In this document: positions 9,310 through 18,232 of the stretch, in pieces
How positions within the stretch are numbered: position 1 is the first letter of the stretch
Layout: each line of letters starts with the position of its first letter
NCBI GenBank assembly: GCA_963785865.1
Contig: CAWAXF010000032.1
Location: 75,733-139,732, forward strand
Length of the DNA: 64,000 bases
Reading direction: 5' to 3'
DNA from: an uncultured Acidobacteriota bacterium
GTDB taxonomy: Bacteria > Acidobacteriota > Terriglobia > Terriglobales > Acidobacteriaceae
Program-made: the position numbers and the translations under genes
Notes under the pieces: model-generated
Seen by the model: only the letters and a program-made list of their open reading frames with translations
What the model was told of the DNA's origin: nothing
Database searches by the model: none

Positions 9310-10630
9310 CTAGAAGAAGTCGATCGCCTTCACATCACCTACATAGCCCACGATATTGATCGTGCCCTGCGGCAGAAAGTTGTTGACCAGCAGAACATCG
9401 CGATTGGTGTCGTACACGCGCAAGTTTCCGCCTTCAGCGACATACTCCACAAAACGGCTGGTGAAGCCCTGCAGTCCGTCCACGTTCCCGTTGTCCGGGG
9501 GAATGATGACGGAACCGTCGCCGATCTTGTAAATGGAGAGGCAGCCGCGAACCTCTCCACTGGGATTGTTTACGTTCCCGACATTAGTGCAATCTCGCGC
9601 CCCGATGAACAATTGCCCGTTCTGCGTCAAGTCGATGCGCTGGTGATAGCCATCGGTGATCACGGCACTTCCAGTGACAGTCCCTGAGCTTGTATCAACG
9701 ACGTCGAGGCGGCCGCACCTGGCTGCCGCGGTTGTCTGCCCGGTACAGCGCATTATTGTTGGTCGGAGTGCCAGCGACATACAGCGTCGACCCACTCAGA
9801 AGCGCGATAGTCGCGGCATCCACCGGGATCGTCTGGTTGATGGTAAGGCTACCGAGATCGAATACTGCGACACTTGCCTGGGTGCCACCACATTGTGGTC
9901 CGCAGTTCAGAACATACGCAGTGCTTCCGTTCACGATCGCGTTTACCGGACGGTCAAAGCCGGGAACGACGGTGCAAACAGAGTTGCCAGGACTCGTGTA
10001 GCAACTTGTATCTACTGGCGGCACTGCCACTCCCGGACTCAGCACCGCGACTGAGTCTGAATCTGCGCTGAACACGAGTAAGCGGGTTCCATTTGCGTCT
10101 GATACAACGGTCTGCGCATTATCCACCTTAATACTCGTAAAACTCCCCGAAACAAAATTCATAGCTTCCACGGCGCCCAGCACAGTAGACCCGTTGATCG
10201 AAGCGGTAGGAACCGCCGCATATCCGGTCGCATTCGCGTTCGGAATCACGATGCTGGTGGTAGGGCCTGGAAGACGTACGTTGCCGATAGCGCTTTCTTT
10301 AACTGTGTCAATCGCGTACACGGTACTGCTGGTATTGCTGCTGCTGTCAACTGTGGCCAGGATATTTCGCGTGGGCGACATCACCATCAGACCCGGAGAG
10401 CTGCCGGCCCCCAATGGCGACACCCGCGCGCGCGTATCATTCTTGCCATTTACAAAATAAAGTCCGCCGAAGTTAAGCGTCGCCGAAACCCCTTGCGAAG
10501 CAAGAACGCGTTCTTTAAGGCCGCTGGGAGGCCCAGATTTCTTACCCCCACCACAAGACAGCAAGATGAAGACGGCTGGACCGGCCAGCACAGCGAGGAT
10601 GCGTTTCTTCAAACGGCAGGCTCCTAACAA
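9310..10630 (-). pseudogene. Lipoprotein with beta-propeller-like repeats, split into two overlapping ORFs by a frame break
   Basis: Lipobox LLSCGGG at the N-terminus. ORFs 9695..10630 and 9310..9795 overlap by about 100 nt in frames offset by one nt, and both parts have the same S/T/N/G/V-rich repeat character. Confidence 0.6.
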
Positions 10631-10788
10631 GTTGAAAACGGAAGATTTATTTATGAAATCGTCGATTATAGCAGAGTCATTTGCAAAGGCTCTTCAGCCT
10701 GCGCATCGCAATGCGTAGATTCTGAAACCCTTCTTGTGCACGAGCAAGATGCGCAGTCCCGCTCTCATCCTGTATTCTCAGCAAATAT

Positions 10789-12651
10789 ATGTCGGCTGAC
10801 TTCCTTGCGCGAATTAAGCACTCCCCAGTCCTCTGCGACGGCGCTATGGGGACGCTGCTCTATGCCAAAGGCATTTTCATCAACCGCTCTTACGACGAAC
10901 TCAATCTTTCTCAGCCCGACCTGATTCGCGGTATTCACCACGATTATCTGCAAGCCGGCGCCGAGATCATCGAAACCAATACCTTTGGCGCCAATTCCTT
11001 CCGGTTGGCTCGACACAGCCTTGCCGATAAAGTACGGGACATCAACCGGGCCGGTGTTCGCCTGGCTCGCGAAGCCGTCAAAAGCTTCGATGTGTGGGTG
11101 GGAGGATCGGTTGGCCCGCTGGGAACCAGAATCGAACCTCTGGGCAAGACCTCGTTTCAGGAAGCTCGCGACGCCTTCCGCGAGCAGATCGCCGCGCTGG
11201 TGGAAGCGGGCGCGGATCTCCTCATTCTGGAAACCTTCGGATATCTCGAGGAGATTCACCAGGCGATACTCGCAGCCAAGGACGTCAATCCTTCCATCCC
11301 GATCGTCGCGCAAGTCACGATTGATGAAGACGGCAATTGCCTGGATGGATCCGACCCTGACACCTTTGCTCCGAAACTGGCGGAGTGGGGCGCGGATGTG
11401 ATCGGATGCAACTGCAGCGTCGGCCCCGTCGCAATGCTGGATGCCATGGAGCGCGTGCGAGCGGCCAGTTCCCTGCCCCTTTCAGCGCAACCCAACGCCG
11501 GCATCCCGCGATCCGTGGATGGCAGAAATATTTATCTGTGCTCGCCGGAGTACATGGCGAGTTATGCGCGCAAGTTTGTAGCCGCAGGAGTGCGCCTGGT
11601 GGGCGGCTGCTGCGGGACCACTCCCGATCATATTCGCGTCATGAAGGCGGCCCTGCGCGTGGGGGAAGCGCGGGGTAAGGCCGCGACGGCTCACACCGGT
11701 GCGAGCCAGTCGAGTCCTCGGCCCGTTCCCGCTGTGCCACTGGACAAGCGCTCACCGTTGGGCGCGAAACTGGCAGCAGGTGAGTTCGCTACCATGGTGG
11801 AAATCGTCCCGCCGAAAGGAATCGACGTCAGCAAGGAAGTTGAAGGTGCGCGTTTCCTGAAATCGGTCGGCGTCGACGCAGTTAATATCCCCGATAGCCC
11901 GCGCGCTTCAGCGCGCATGAGCAACCAGGCGCTCTCCTTGCTCATTCAGCGCGAAGTCGGCATCGACGCCGTCCTGCACTACACCTGCCGCGATCGCAAC
12001 GTGCTTTGCATTCAGAGTGATCTGCTGGGAGCGGCGGCCGTGGGAATCAGAAATTTGATCTGCATCACCGGCGATCCTCCGAAGATGGGGAATTATCCCG
12101 ATGCGACAGCTGTGTTCGACGTCGACGCAATTGGGCTGGTCAATATCGTTCATAACCTGAATCGGGGTCTTGATCTCGGCGGCAATCCCATCGGCACTGG
12201 AACTGGATTTGTCATTGGCGTCGGAGCGAATCCCGGTCTGACGGATCTGGACGAAGAGATTCGCCGCTTTGAATTCAAAGTGGAAGCTGGCGCGGAGTAC
12301 GTTGTGACGCAGCCCGTTTTCGATCTGCGGTTGCTGGAAGTCTTTCTGCGCCGGATTGAACATTGTCGCATTCCAGTAATCGCTGGCATCTGGCCGCTAG
12401 TCAGCGTGCGAAATGCCGAGTTCATGAAAAATGAACTGCGAGTGTCCGTTCCCGATTCGATTCTCGACCGCATGGCGCGCGCACAGACTCCAGAAGCTGC
12501 GCGGGCCGAGGGCGTCTCCGTTGCGCGCGAAATGCTGATCTCCTGCCGGCAGATGACGCAGGGCGCACAGATCAGCGCGCCCATGGGACGATACAGTTCC
12601 GCGGTCGATGTTTTGGAAGCGCTTGGCACGCAGCCTGCTGCGTCCTGCTAG
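10789..12651 (+). CDS. yitJ: Bifunctional homocysteine S-methyltransferase / 5,10-methylenetetrahydrofolate reductase (YitJ-type fusion)
   Basis: The N-terminal Hcy-binding domain reads DGAMGT...ETNTFGAN...GCNC...GGCCGTTP. The C-terminal MTHFR domain reads FATMVEIVPPKG...VNIPDSPRA...HYTCRDRN...ITGDPP...YVVTQPVFD. Confidence 0.85.
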   Translation: MSADFLARIKHSPVLCDGAMGTLLYAKGIFINRSYDELNLSQPDLIRGIHHDYLQAGAEIIETNTFGANSFRLARHSLADKVRDINRAGVRLAREAVKSFDVWVGGSVGPLGTRIEPLGKTSFQEARDAFREQIAALVEAGADLLILETFGYLEEIHQAILAAKDVNPSIPIVAQVTIDEDGNCLDGSDPDTFAPKLAEWGADVIGCNCSVGPVAMLDAMERVRAASSLPLSAQPNAGIPRSVDGRNIYLCSPEYMASYARKFVAAGVRLVGGCCGTTPDHIRVMKAALRVGEARGKAATAHTGASQSSPRPVPAVPLDKRSPLGAKLAAGEFATMVEIVPPKGIDVSKEVEGARFLKSVGVDAVNIPDSPRASARMSNQALSLLIQREVGIDAVLHYTCRDRNVLCIQSDLLGAAAVGIRNLICITGDPPKMGNYPDATAVFDVDAIGLVNIVHNLNRGLDLGGNPIGTGTGFVIGVGANPGLTDLDEEIRRFEFKVEAGAEYVVTQPVFDLRLLEVFLRRIEHCRIPVIAGIWPLVSVRNAEFMKNELRVSVPDSILDRMARAQTPEAARAEGVSVAREMLISCRQMTQGAQISAPMGRYSSAVDVLEALGTQPAASC

Positions 12652-12660
12652 GCGCGTTTT

Positions 12661-12682
12661 CCGCATTGGGAGCGTAATGCGG
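12661..12682 (+). terminator. Candidate terminator hairpin after the yitJ-type gene
   Basis: CCGCATT-loop-AATGCGG 7-bp stem about 10 nt after the stop, followed by a weak T-containing tract (GATATTTGG). Confidence 0.35.
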
Positions 12683-12883
12683 GATATTTGGCGGGCTTTC
12701 GAAACTACAAAAACGTTTTTCTGACCACTCGTGTCAGCGATGAGCAAGCGCAGCGCGGCTTTCGAAGGTTACCCATTGTTCCGTTCCGGAACCATCGATT
12801 GTAATTTTGTTGATCCCATGTACGAATAGTCTGGACATTCCTCCCGAATCGTTCAATAGAATATACAGACGGAGTGAAACCCG

Positions 12884-13123
12884 TTGCCTAAGTTTGAAGA
12901 GTGTCTCCAGCGACTGGAGAAAATTGTTCAGGAACTGGAAAAGGGAGAGGTCCCTTTAGAGAAATCGCTGACGCTGTTTGAAGAAGGCATGCAGCTCTCT
13001 TCCGCGTGCAGAAAAGAGCTGGAACAAGCAGAAGGCAAAGTTGAGATTCTGCTGAAGAAGAACGGGAAGTTCCAATCCGAACCTTTCGAGCCGCTGTCGG
13101 ACAAGGCGTCTGCACGCCGGTAA
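12884..13123 (+). CDS. xseB: Exodeoxyribonuclease VII small subunit
   Basis: 79 aa. The sequence FEECLQRLEKIVQELEKGEVPLEKSLTLFEEGMQLSSACRKELEQAE is canonical XseB. TTG start. Confidence 0.85.
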   Translation: MPKFEECLQRLEKIVQELEKGEVPLEKSLTLFEEGMQLSSACRKELEQAEGKVEILLKKNGKFQSEPFEPLSDKASARR

Positions 13124-13238
13124 GTCCGCGGCTTGGGATTCACCGTAGCTGCCTGTGGAGTTGTGGTCTCCCAGCCACCCCGCAGCTTAGTCGAGCGCCG
13201 ATGCCCAGCCGTCATCGCGCTTCAAGATCGGGGGATGT

Positions 13239-13604
13239 ATGGCTCAGAGTATTGTTCTTCTCGAGAAAGATCCAGGAGTAGCCCAATCCCTGGCTGGCGG
13301 ACTGCGCCACCATTTCTCCGTACATGTCACAGGTACCCACGAACAGTTGCGGGACAATGTTGCTCTGAATCGTCCCGAGGCCGTCATTCTCAATCTCGAG
13401 TACTGGCCTCTGACCGATGTTGAACGCCTGCATGACGAATTTCCGCACGTGGCCATTGTGTGCACGCACCGCATTCCCGATGAGGAGATGTGGATGGCCG
13501 CTCTCTCCGCTGGCGCTTGCGACGTCTGCCCTGCCGACGACGTCAGCAACGTGCTGAGTTCGATTCTTCGGAGTACGGCCGTGTCGCGAAGGACCGCGGC
13601 TTAA
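13239..13604 (+). CDS. Degenerate (pseudo-)receiver domain protein
   Basis: 121 aa with a CheY-like alternating beta/alpha pattern. The acidic pair is EKD, the phospho-acceptor position reads VILNLE (Asn instead of Asp), and the conserved Lys region reads DVCPAD. RBS GGGGGA lies upstream. Confidence 0.5.
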   Translation: MAQSIVLLEKDPGVAQSLAGGLRHHFSVHVTGTHEQLRDNVALNRPEAVILNLEYWPLTDVERLHDEFPHVAIVCTHRIPDEEMWMAALSAGACDVCPADDVSNVLSSILRSTAVSRRTAA

Positions 13605-13754
13605 GATTCTATCGTCCGAAGGTGTCCCATTTTGGCATCGTGGGCCCCCATTTTCCGCGTCGTTTTTTTTGCGCGAGAAGTGGGCATTTTTGTCGAGATC
13701 GGCCTCGCTATCGCAGCCCGTTTGCGTTTTACTCTCTTGCTATACTGCCTCGTG

Positions 13755-14636
13755 ATGCTGAACGAAACCCTGGAGCAAGGGCAGCGCCTCACTGATGTCG
13801 CGCTCGATAGGCTGATTCCGCTTGAGACCGAGCATCCCGTCTCAATTCACAAAGCCATGCGACACAGCGTGTTTGCCGGCGGCAAGCGCCTTCGCCCAGT
13901 ATTATCCATGGAAGCGGGACGGATGGTTGCCGGATCTTTGCCTAAGGCCATTGAAGAACTCGGCGCGGCGCTGGAAATGCTGCACACCTACTCCCTCATC
14001 CATGATGATCTTCCCGCTCTCGACAACGACGATTTGCGCCGTGGCCGCCCGACTTGCCACAAAGTATTCGGGGAGGCGCTTGCGATTCTATCCGGCGACG
14101 CGCTGCAGACACAGGCCTATGAAGTGCTGTCGCGTCTGAACTGTCCGCCGGAAGCGCGCGTAAAAATTATCGAAGAGATCGCTCGCGGGACAGGCACGGT
14201 AAACGGCATGATTGGCGGGCAGGTAGTTGACCTGGAAGCGGAACATACCAAGCCCACGGCCGAGATGCTGGAGTACATTCATCGCTCCAAGACGGCGGCC
14301 CTGATCACGGCAAGCCTGGTGAGTGGAGGATTGTATGCGGGAGCGAAAGATGGCGAAGTCGCTCACCTGCGCGCTTTCGGGATGGGAATCGGCCTGGCAT
14401 TTCAGATCGTCGATGACGTGCTCGACGTCACGCAGACTTCAGAGCAATTGGGCAAGACAGCTGGCAAGGACACGGCCTCGGAGAAGGCAACCTATCCTGC
14501 TCTTTTCGGCATTGAGGCGTCTGTCGCGAAAGCGGACGCGCTGGTGAATGGAGCATTCGCGGAACTGGAGAACTTCGGCGAGCGCGCGGATACCTTGAAG
14601 GAAATGGCCAGATATCTGGTCGAACGCAAAAAATAG
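13755..14636 (+). CDS. ispA: Farnesyl/geranylgeranyl diphosphate synthase (polyprenyl synthetase)
   Basis: First DDxxD-type motif LIHDDLPALDNDDLRRGRP and second motif FQIVDDVLD. The length from internal ATG 13755 (about 294 aa) fits the family. It sits in the classic xseB-ispA neighbourhood. Confidence 0.85.
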   Translation: MLNETLEQGQRLTDVALDRLIPLETEHPVSIHKAMRHSVFAGGKRLRPVLSMEAGRMVAGSLPKAIEELGAALEMLHTYSLIHDDLPALDNDDLRRGRPTCHKVFGEALAILSGDALQTQAYEVLSRLNCPPEARVKIIEEIARGTGTVNGMIGGQVVDLEAEHTKPTAEMLEYIHRSKTAALITASLVSGGLYAGAKDGEVAHLRAFGMGIGLAFQIVDDVLDVTQTSEQLGKTAGKDTASEKATYPALFGIEASVAKADALVNGAFAELENFGERADTLKEMARYLVERKK

Positions 14637-14717
14637 CGTTTGAAATTCCATCGGCACAAATGCACGAGGAGACAGATTCTCCGGCTTTAGTGCATCCATG
14701 GATTTATGGTTTAATGA

Positions 14718-14776
14718 TTTCACGGCGATGGAGTTCGCCATAACCGCCGGGCAGACCCGGCTGATAACTCCTACAA
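14718..14776 (+). promoter_or_regulatory. Fluoride riboswitch (crcB RNA motif)
   Basis: The sequence is GGCGAUGGAGUUCGCCAUAACCGCCGGGCAGACCCGGCUGAUAACUCCUAC. It shows a P1 stem GGCG/CGCC, a P3 hairpin GCCGGG-CAGA-CCCGGC, and the pseudoknot pair GGAGUU/AACUCC. The layout matches the Thermotoga petrophila crcB riboswitch, and it sits directly upstream of crcB. Confidence 0.9.
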
Positions 14777-14808
14777 ATATTCAAGACCGATTTTGTAGGA
14801 GAGCTCCG

Positions 14809-15183
14809 TTGAAAGACTTCCTCGCTATATCCGTCGCCGCAATCCTGGGTGCGAATCTTCGCTACATCCTGAGCCGCCTCGCGGTACGCGAGTTTGGTCC
14901 CATATTTCCATACGGCACTCTCATCATCAACATTCTGGGAAGCTTCATCGTAGGCCTGTTCGTCATCTGGACCACGGAGCGGGTGTTAATGGACCCGCGT
15001 TGGCGCCTTCTGGTGGTAATCGGCTTCTGCGGATCATTTACTACTTTTTCCAGCTACGCATTTGAAACCGTGTCATATTTTGAGCAGGGCCGGTGGGGAT
15101 TGATGCTCGCCAATATTTGTGCCAATAACCTGCTGTGCCTGGGGGGAGCGCTCGCGGGGATGGCGGTAGCACGCGCGATTTGA
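14809..15183 (+). CDS. crcB: Fluoride ion channel CrcB/FluC
   Basis: TTG 14809 lies 8 nt after AGGAG. The sequence GANLRY...YGTLIINILGSFIVG...GFCGSFTTFSSY is the CrcB signature, with about 124 aa and 4 TM segments. Confidence 0.9.
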   Translation: MKDFLAISVAAILGANLRYILSRLAVREFGPIFPYGTLIINILGSFIVGLFVIWTTERVLMDPRWRLLVVIGFCGSFTTFSSYAFETVSYFEQGRWGLMLANICANNLLCLGGALAGMAVARAI

Positions 15184-15185
15184 TC

Positions 15186-15725
15186 ATGAGTACCCAGCCT
15201 ACGCTCGAAACGCCGCGACTCAAGCTGCGTCCGTACACCGAGGCAGACATCCCCGAACTGTTGCCACTGATAGGCACGCGCGAAGTTGCCGCTACAACCC
15301 TGCGCATTGCTCACCCTTATACCGAACAGGATGCCAAGGCTTTTCTCGAGCTCGCGAAAGATCCCGACAAACTCTGGCTGGCCATCACGCTGCGCAGCGA
15401 CGGCCGCCAGATCGGAGGCGTAGGCCTTCGCGTCGAGAAGCAACATCAGCACGCCGAGTTGGGCTATTGGCTGGGCGTGCCCTTCTGGGGGCACGGATAC
15501 GCCACAGAAGCCGCCGCTGACATCTTGCGTTACGGTTTCGAGACACTTGCCCTGCACCGCATCTTCGCGTCACATTTCAAGCACAATCAGGCATCCGGCC
15601 GCATTCTGAAAAAAATCGGCATGAAGTACGAGGGCTGCCACCGCGAACATCTACTCAAATGGGATCGGTTCGTAGACTCCGAATTGTACGGCATGCTCCG
15701 CCGGGAATGGGAGGCACGCGAGTAG
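15186..15725 (+). CDS. GNAT-family N-acetyltransferase (RimJ/RimL-like)
   Basis: TPRLKLRPYTEADIPEL..., ELGYWLG.PFWGHGYATEAA..., and the AcCoA region HNQASGRILKKIGMKYEG. It starts 3 nt after the crcB stop. Confidence 0.8.
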   Translation: MSTQPTLETPRLKLRPYTEADIPELLPLIGTREVAATTLRIAHPYTEQDAKAFLELAKDPDKLWLAITLRSDGRQIGGVGLRVEKQHQHAELGYWLGVPFWGHGYATEAAADILRYGFETLALHRIFASHFKHNQASGRILKKIGMKYEGCHREHLLKWDRFVDSELYGMLRREWEARE

Positions 15726-15726
15726 A

Positions 15727-16056
15727 ATGCCAGATGCTATGGCGGTGCAAGTCACAATCTATCTGAACGAAGCCGACCAGTGGCATCACCGGCCGCTGCA
15801 CATGGAGATCCTGAATTATCTGCGTAAAGAGAACGTGTTCGCGGCCACGGCGATCCATTGCGTTGCCGGATTTCTCGGCAGACACAACGTGGAAACGGCG
15901 CACCTGGTCGATACGGGCGGCAGGCTGCCGGTGATTATCGTGTTTGTCGATACCGACGAACACGTGACCCGCGTTCTGCCGACTCTTAAAGAGATGGCCG
16001 CGCTCCGGCTAATCGTGCGCGAGAACGTCGTTCTGGAACAAGGAAACCTTGAATAA
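15727..16056 (+). CDS. DUF190 (PII-like) protein, a family commonly linked to crcB
   Basis: 109 aa with the pattern IYLNEADQWHHRPLH.EIL..L+.E...GATA..+.GF. It starts 2 nt after the GNAT stop. Confidence 0.7.
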   Translation: MPDAMAVQVTIYLNEADQWHHRPLHMEILNYLRKENVFAATAIHCVAGFLGRHNVETAHLVDTGGRLPVIIVFVDTDEHVTRVLPTLKEMAALRLIVRENVVLEQGNLE

Positions 16057-16844
16057 TGTCTCCCGCTCCACAAGGTCAAAGTCTCGACATCCTGGCCATC
16101 GCCGCCCATCGTGATGACGTGGAGCAAACCTGCGGCGGCACATTGCTGAAAGCTGGACGGCGTGGCCAGCACACCGGGATCCTCGACCTCACGCAAGGAG
16201 AAATGGGCACACGCGGCTCGGCAGAAGATCGCGCGCGCGAAGCTTCCGATGCGGCGAAGATTCTGGGCGTAACGTGGCGTAGAGCTCTCGATATTCCGGA
16301 CGGGCGTGTGGAAAACACATGGGAGAACCGGTTGAAGGTCGCTGCCGTTTTGCGTGAGACGCGCCCACGCGTAGTCATTTTGCCCTACTGGAAAGGTCGT
16401 CACCCGGATCACTACACCGCTTCGATTTTGGGATACGAAGCTTGCTTTCTGGCTGGGCTCGCTAAAATCACCTGCACTTCGGTGTCGGGGTCGGACGGAA
16501 GCCGCCGGACCAGCCGGGAAGAAGCGGCCGCTATTCTTCCGCCGCATCGTCCTTTCAAAATTATTTACGCCACCCTCTACTACGACATCCGGCCCTCGTT
16601 TGTCGTCGACATCAGTGAGCAGTTCGAAGATAAATTCGCATCGATTCTCGCCTACAAAACGCAATTCAGTGATCAGGAGGCGGGCAAGGATGTCTTCCCT
16701 GCTCAGGAAGAGATTCGGAGCCGGGTCGATGCGATGGCTCGCTTCTACGGCATGCTCGGAGGTGTGACCCATGCTGAGCCCTTCCTGCAGAAAGAGGTCG
16801 GCCTGGTTGAGGATTTATTGGCGATTCCGGTCAAATCCATTTAA
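16056..16844 (+). CDS. PIG-L/LmbE-family N-acetylglucosaminyl deacetylase (BshB1-like)
   Basis: ILAIAAHRDDVEQTCGGT (the AHPDD-type zinc motif), DLTQGEMGTRG, and GRHPDH. The ATG overlaps the preceding stop by 1 nt. Confidence 0.75.
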   Translation: MSPAPQGQSLDILAIAAHRDDVEQTCGGTLLKAGRRGQHTGILDLTQGEMGTRGSAEDRAREASDAAKILGVTWRRALDIPDGRVENTWENRLKVAAVLRETRPRVVILPYWKGRHPDHYTASILGYEACFLAGLAKITCTSVSGSDGSRRTSREEAAAILPPHRPFKIIYATLYYDIRPSFVVDISEQFEDKFASILAYKTQFSDQEAGKDVFPAQEEIRSRVDAMARFYGMLGGVTHAEPFLQKEVGLVEDLLAIPVKSI

Positions 16845-16885
16845 CATCTCAGAACCTGCAAACGTTATCGAGGAGATGAACTCTT

Positions 16886-17467
16886 ATGATCAGAGGGGCT
16901 TCTTTTTATCTTATCGCGCTGGTATTCGCCGCCTCAGCCGCAGCTCAAACCGGAACCTGGAAAATTGATCCTAACCATTCGTCGGCCCAGTTTTCAGTCC
17001 GGCACCTGGGAGTCTCGACGGTGCGCGGCGCATTCACGAAGGTCAATGGTTCCGCCAGCTACGACGCTTCCAACCCCTCCAAGAATTCCCTGGAAGCTAC
17101 GATCGAGGCCGACTCCATCGACACCCGAGTGCAGATGCGCGACAACGATCTGCGCAGCCCAAATTTTCTCGATGTGCAAAAATATCCCACCATCACCTTT
17201 CATTCCAAGCAGGCCAAGACTGCAGGCGACGGGAAAATGCAGATCACCGGCGACCTGACCATTCATGGGGTCACTAAAGAGGTAGTGCTCGATGTAGATG
17301 GACCCTCTGCGCCAATCAAGGATCCATGGGGCAATCAGCGCATCGGGGCATCCGCTTCGACGAAAATCAACCGCAAGGATTTCGGTGTGAATGGCGCGCC
17401 GGGGGTAGTCGGCGACGAGATCTCGATCACGATCGATACGGAACTGATTCAGCCGCAGCCCAAGTAG
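16886..17467 (+). CDS. YceI-family periplasmic (polyisoprenoid-binding) protein
   Basis: Signal peptide, then W.IDPNHSSAQFSVRHLGVSTVRGAF and ITGDLTIHGVTKEV, which are YceI hallmarks. Confidence 0.85.
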   Translation: MIRGASFYLIALVFAASAAAQTGTWKIDPNHSSAQFSVRHLGVSTVRGAFTKVNGSASYDASNPSKNSLEATIEADSIDTRVQMRDNDLRSPNFLDVQKYPTITFHSKQAKTAGDGKMQITGDLTIHGVTKEVVLDVDGPSAPIKDPWGNQRIGASASTKINRKDFGVNGAPGVVGDEISITIDTELIQPQPK

Positions 17468-17479
17468 GCGAAGAGATGT

Positions 17480-17501
17480 GGGCAGCCGCCCTCGGCTGCC
17501 C
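17480..17501. terminator. GC-rich hairpin between convergent genes (candidate bidirectional terminator)
   Basis: GGGCAGCCG-CCCT-CGGCTGCCC, a perfect 9-bp stem located between the YceI stop and the O-methyltransferase stop. There is no U-tract. Confidence 0.45.
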
Positions 17502-17513
17502 CGGCACTTACCA

Positions 17514-18188
17514 TCACCTCTTCAGGGCCACCGCTAATCCATCGCGAATTGGCAGCAGGGTCGTGTAGAACTCCTTCGAGTCGTAGAGCTTCCGGTTGAA
17601 TTCGAGAATTGCCTTCGTCTGTGCGTCCGGATTCTTTTCAGCCACGCGTCCGCTCCAAAGAACGTTATCCGTGATAAACAACCCACCCTTCCGCAGACGC
17701 GGGGCAACCAGGCGCAGCACGCGCGGGTAATCTTCCTTATCGACATCGTTGAAGATGATGTCGAACTCCTGCTTTTCCTCGGACAGAATTTCCAGCGCAT
17801 CCCCCGTATGCACAAGCACCCGCTTTGAGACGCCCGCCCGTGCGAAATACGACTGGGCCCGCTCGGCGTTGTTTGCATCCCCGTCGGTATAAATCACCGT
17901 GCCATTTTCGCCGACTGCCTGCGCCCACCAGATTGTCGAATAGCCTATTGCTGAGCCGAGCTCGAAGATTTTTCGCGCATTGATGGTTAACGCCAGTTGT
18001 TGCAATACCCGCGCCACTGCCGGGCCGACGATGGGGATATTGTGCTCGCTCGCGTAGTCTTCCATTTCCGAGAGCACTTCGCCGCGCTTCGGCAGCATCG
18101 AGTAGAGATAATCATCGACGGGTCCGGCCGTAGTGAAATTGTAGTGCCGCCAACTCGCAGGACTTTCTTTCTTCGTGCTTTCCGCCAC
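17514..18188 (-). CDS. Class I SAM-dependent O-methyltransferase (family 3, caffeoyl-CoA OMT-like)
   Basis: ELGSAIGYSTIWWA (SAM motif I), FDIIFNDVDKEDYP, GGLFITDNVLWSG. Confidence 0.8.
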   Translation of the reverse strand: MAESTKKESPASWRHYNFTTAGPVDDYLYSMLPKRGEVLSEMEDYASEHNIPIVGPAVARVLQQLALTINARKIFELGSAIGYSTIWWAQAVGENGTVIYTDGDANNAERAQSYFARAGVSKRVLVHTGDALEILSEEKQEFDIIFNDVDKEDYPRVLRLVAPRLRKGGLFITDNVLWSGRVAEKNPDAQTKAILEFNRKLYDSKEFYTTLLPIRDGLAVALKR

Positions 18189-18232
18189 GCGATCACCTTT
18201 CTGAGTTAATCCAGCTGGGTTCCTTTAAGGCT

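Noticed and set aside
10631-10788. Possible SAM/SAH-type riboswitch upstream of the homocysteine methyltransferase/MTHFR fusion. B. subtilis yitJ has an S-box.
   Set aside because: I could not find the conserved S-box, SAM-II or SAH core sequences by eye. Only a trivial 5-bp hairpin (CGCAT..ATGCG) is present. A cmscan would be needed to exclude it formally.
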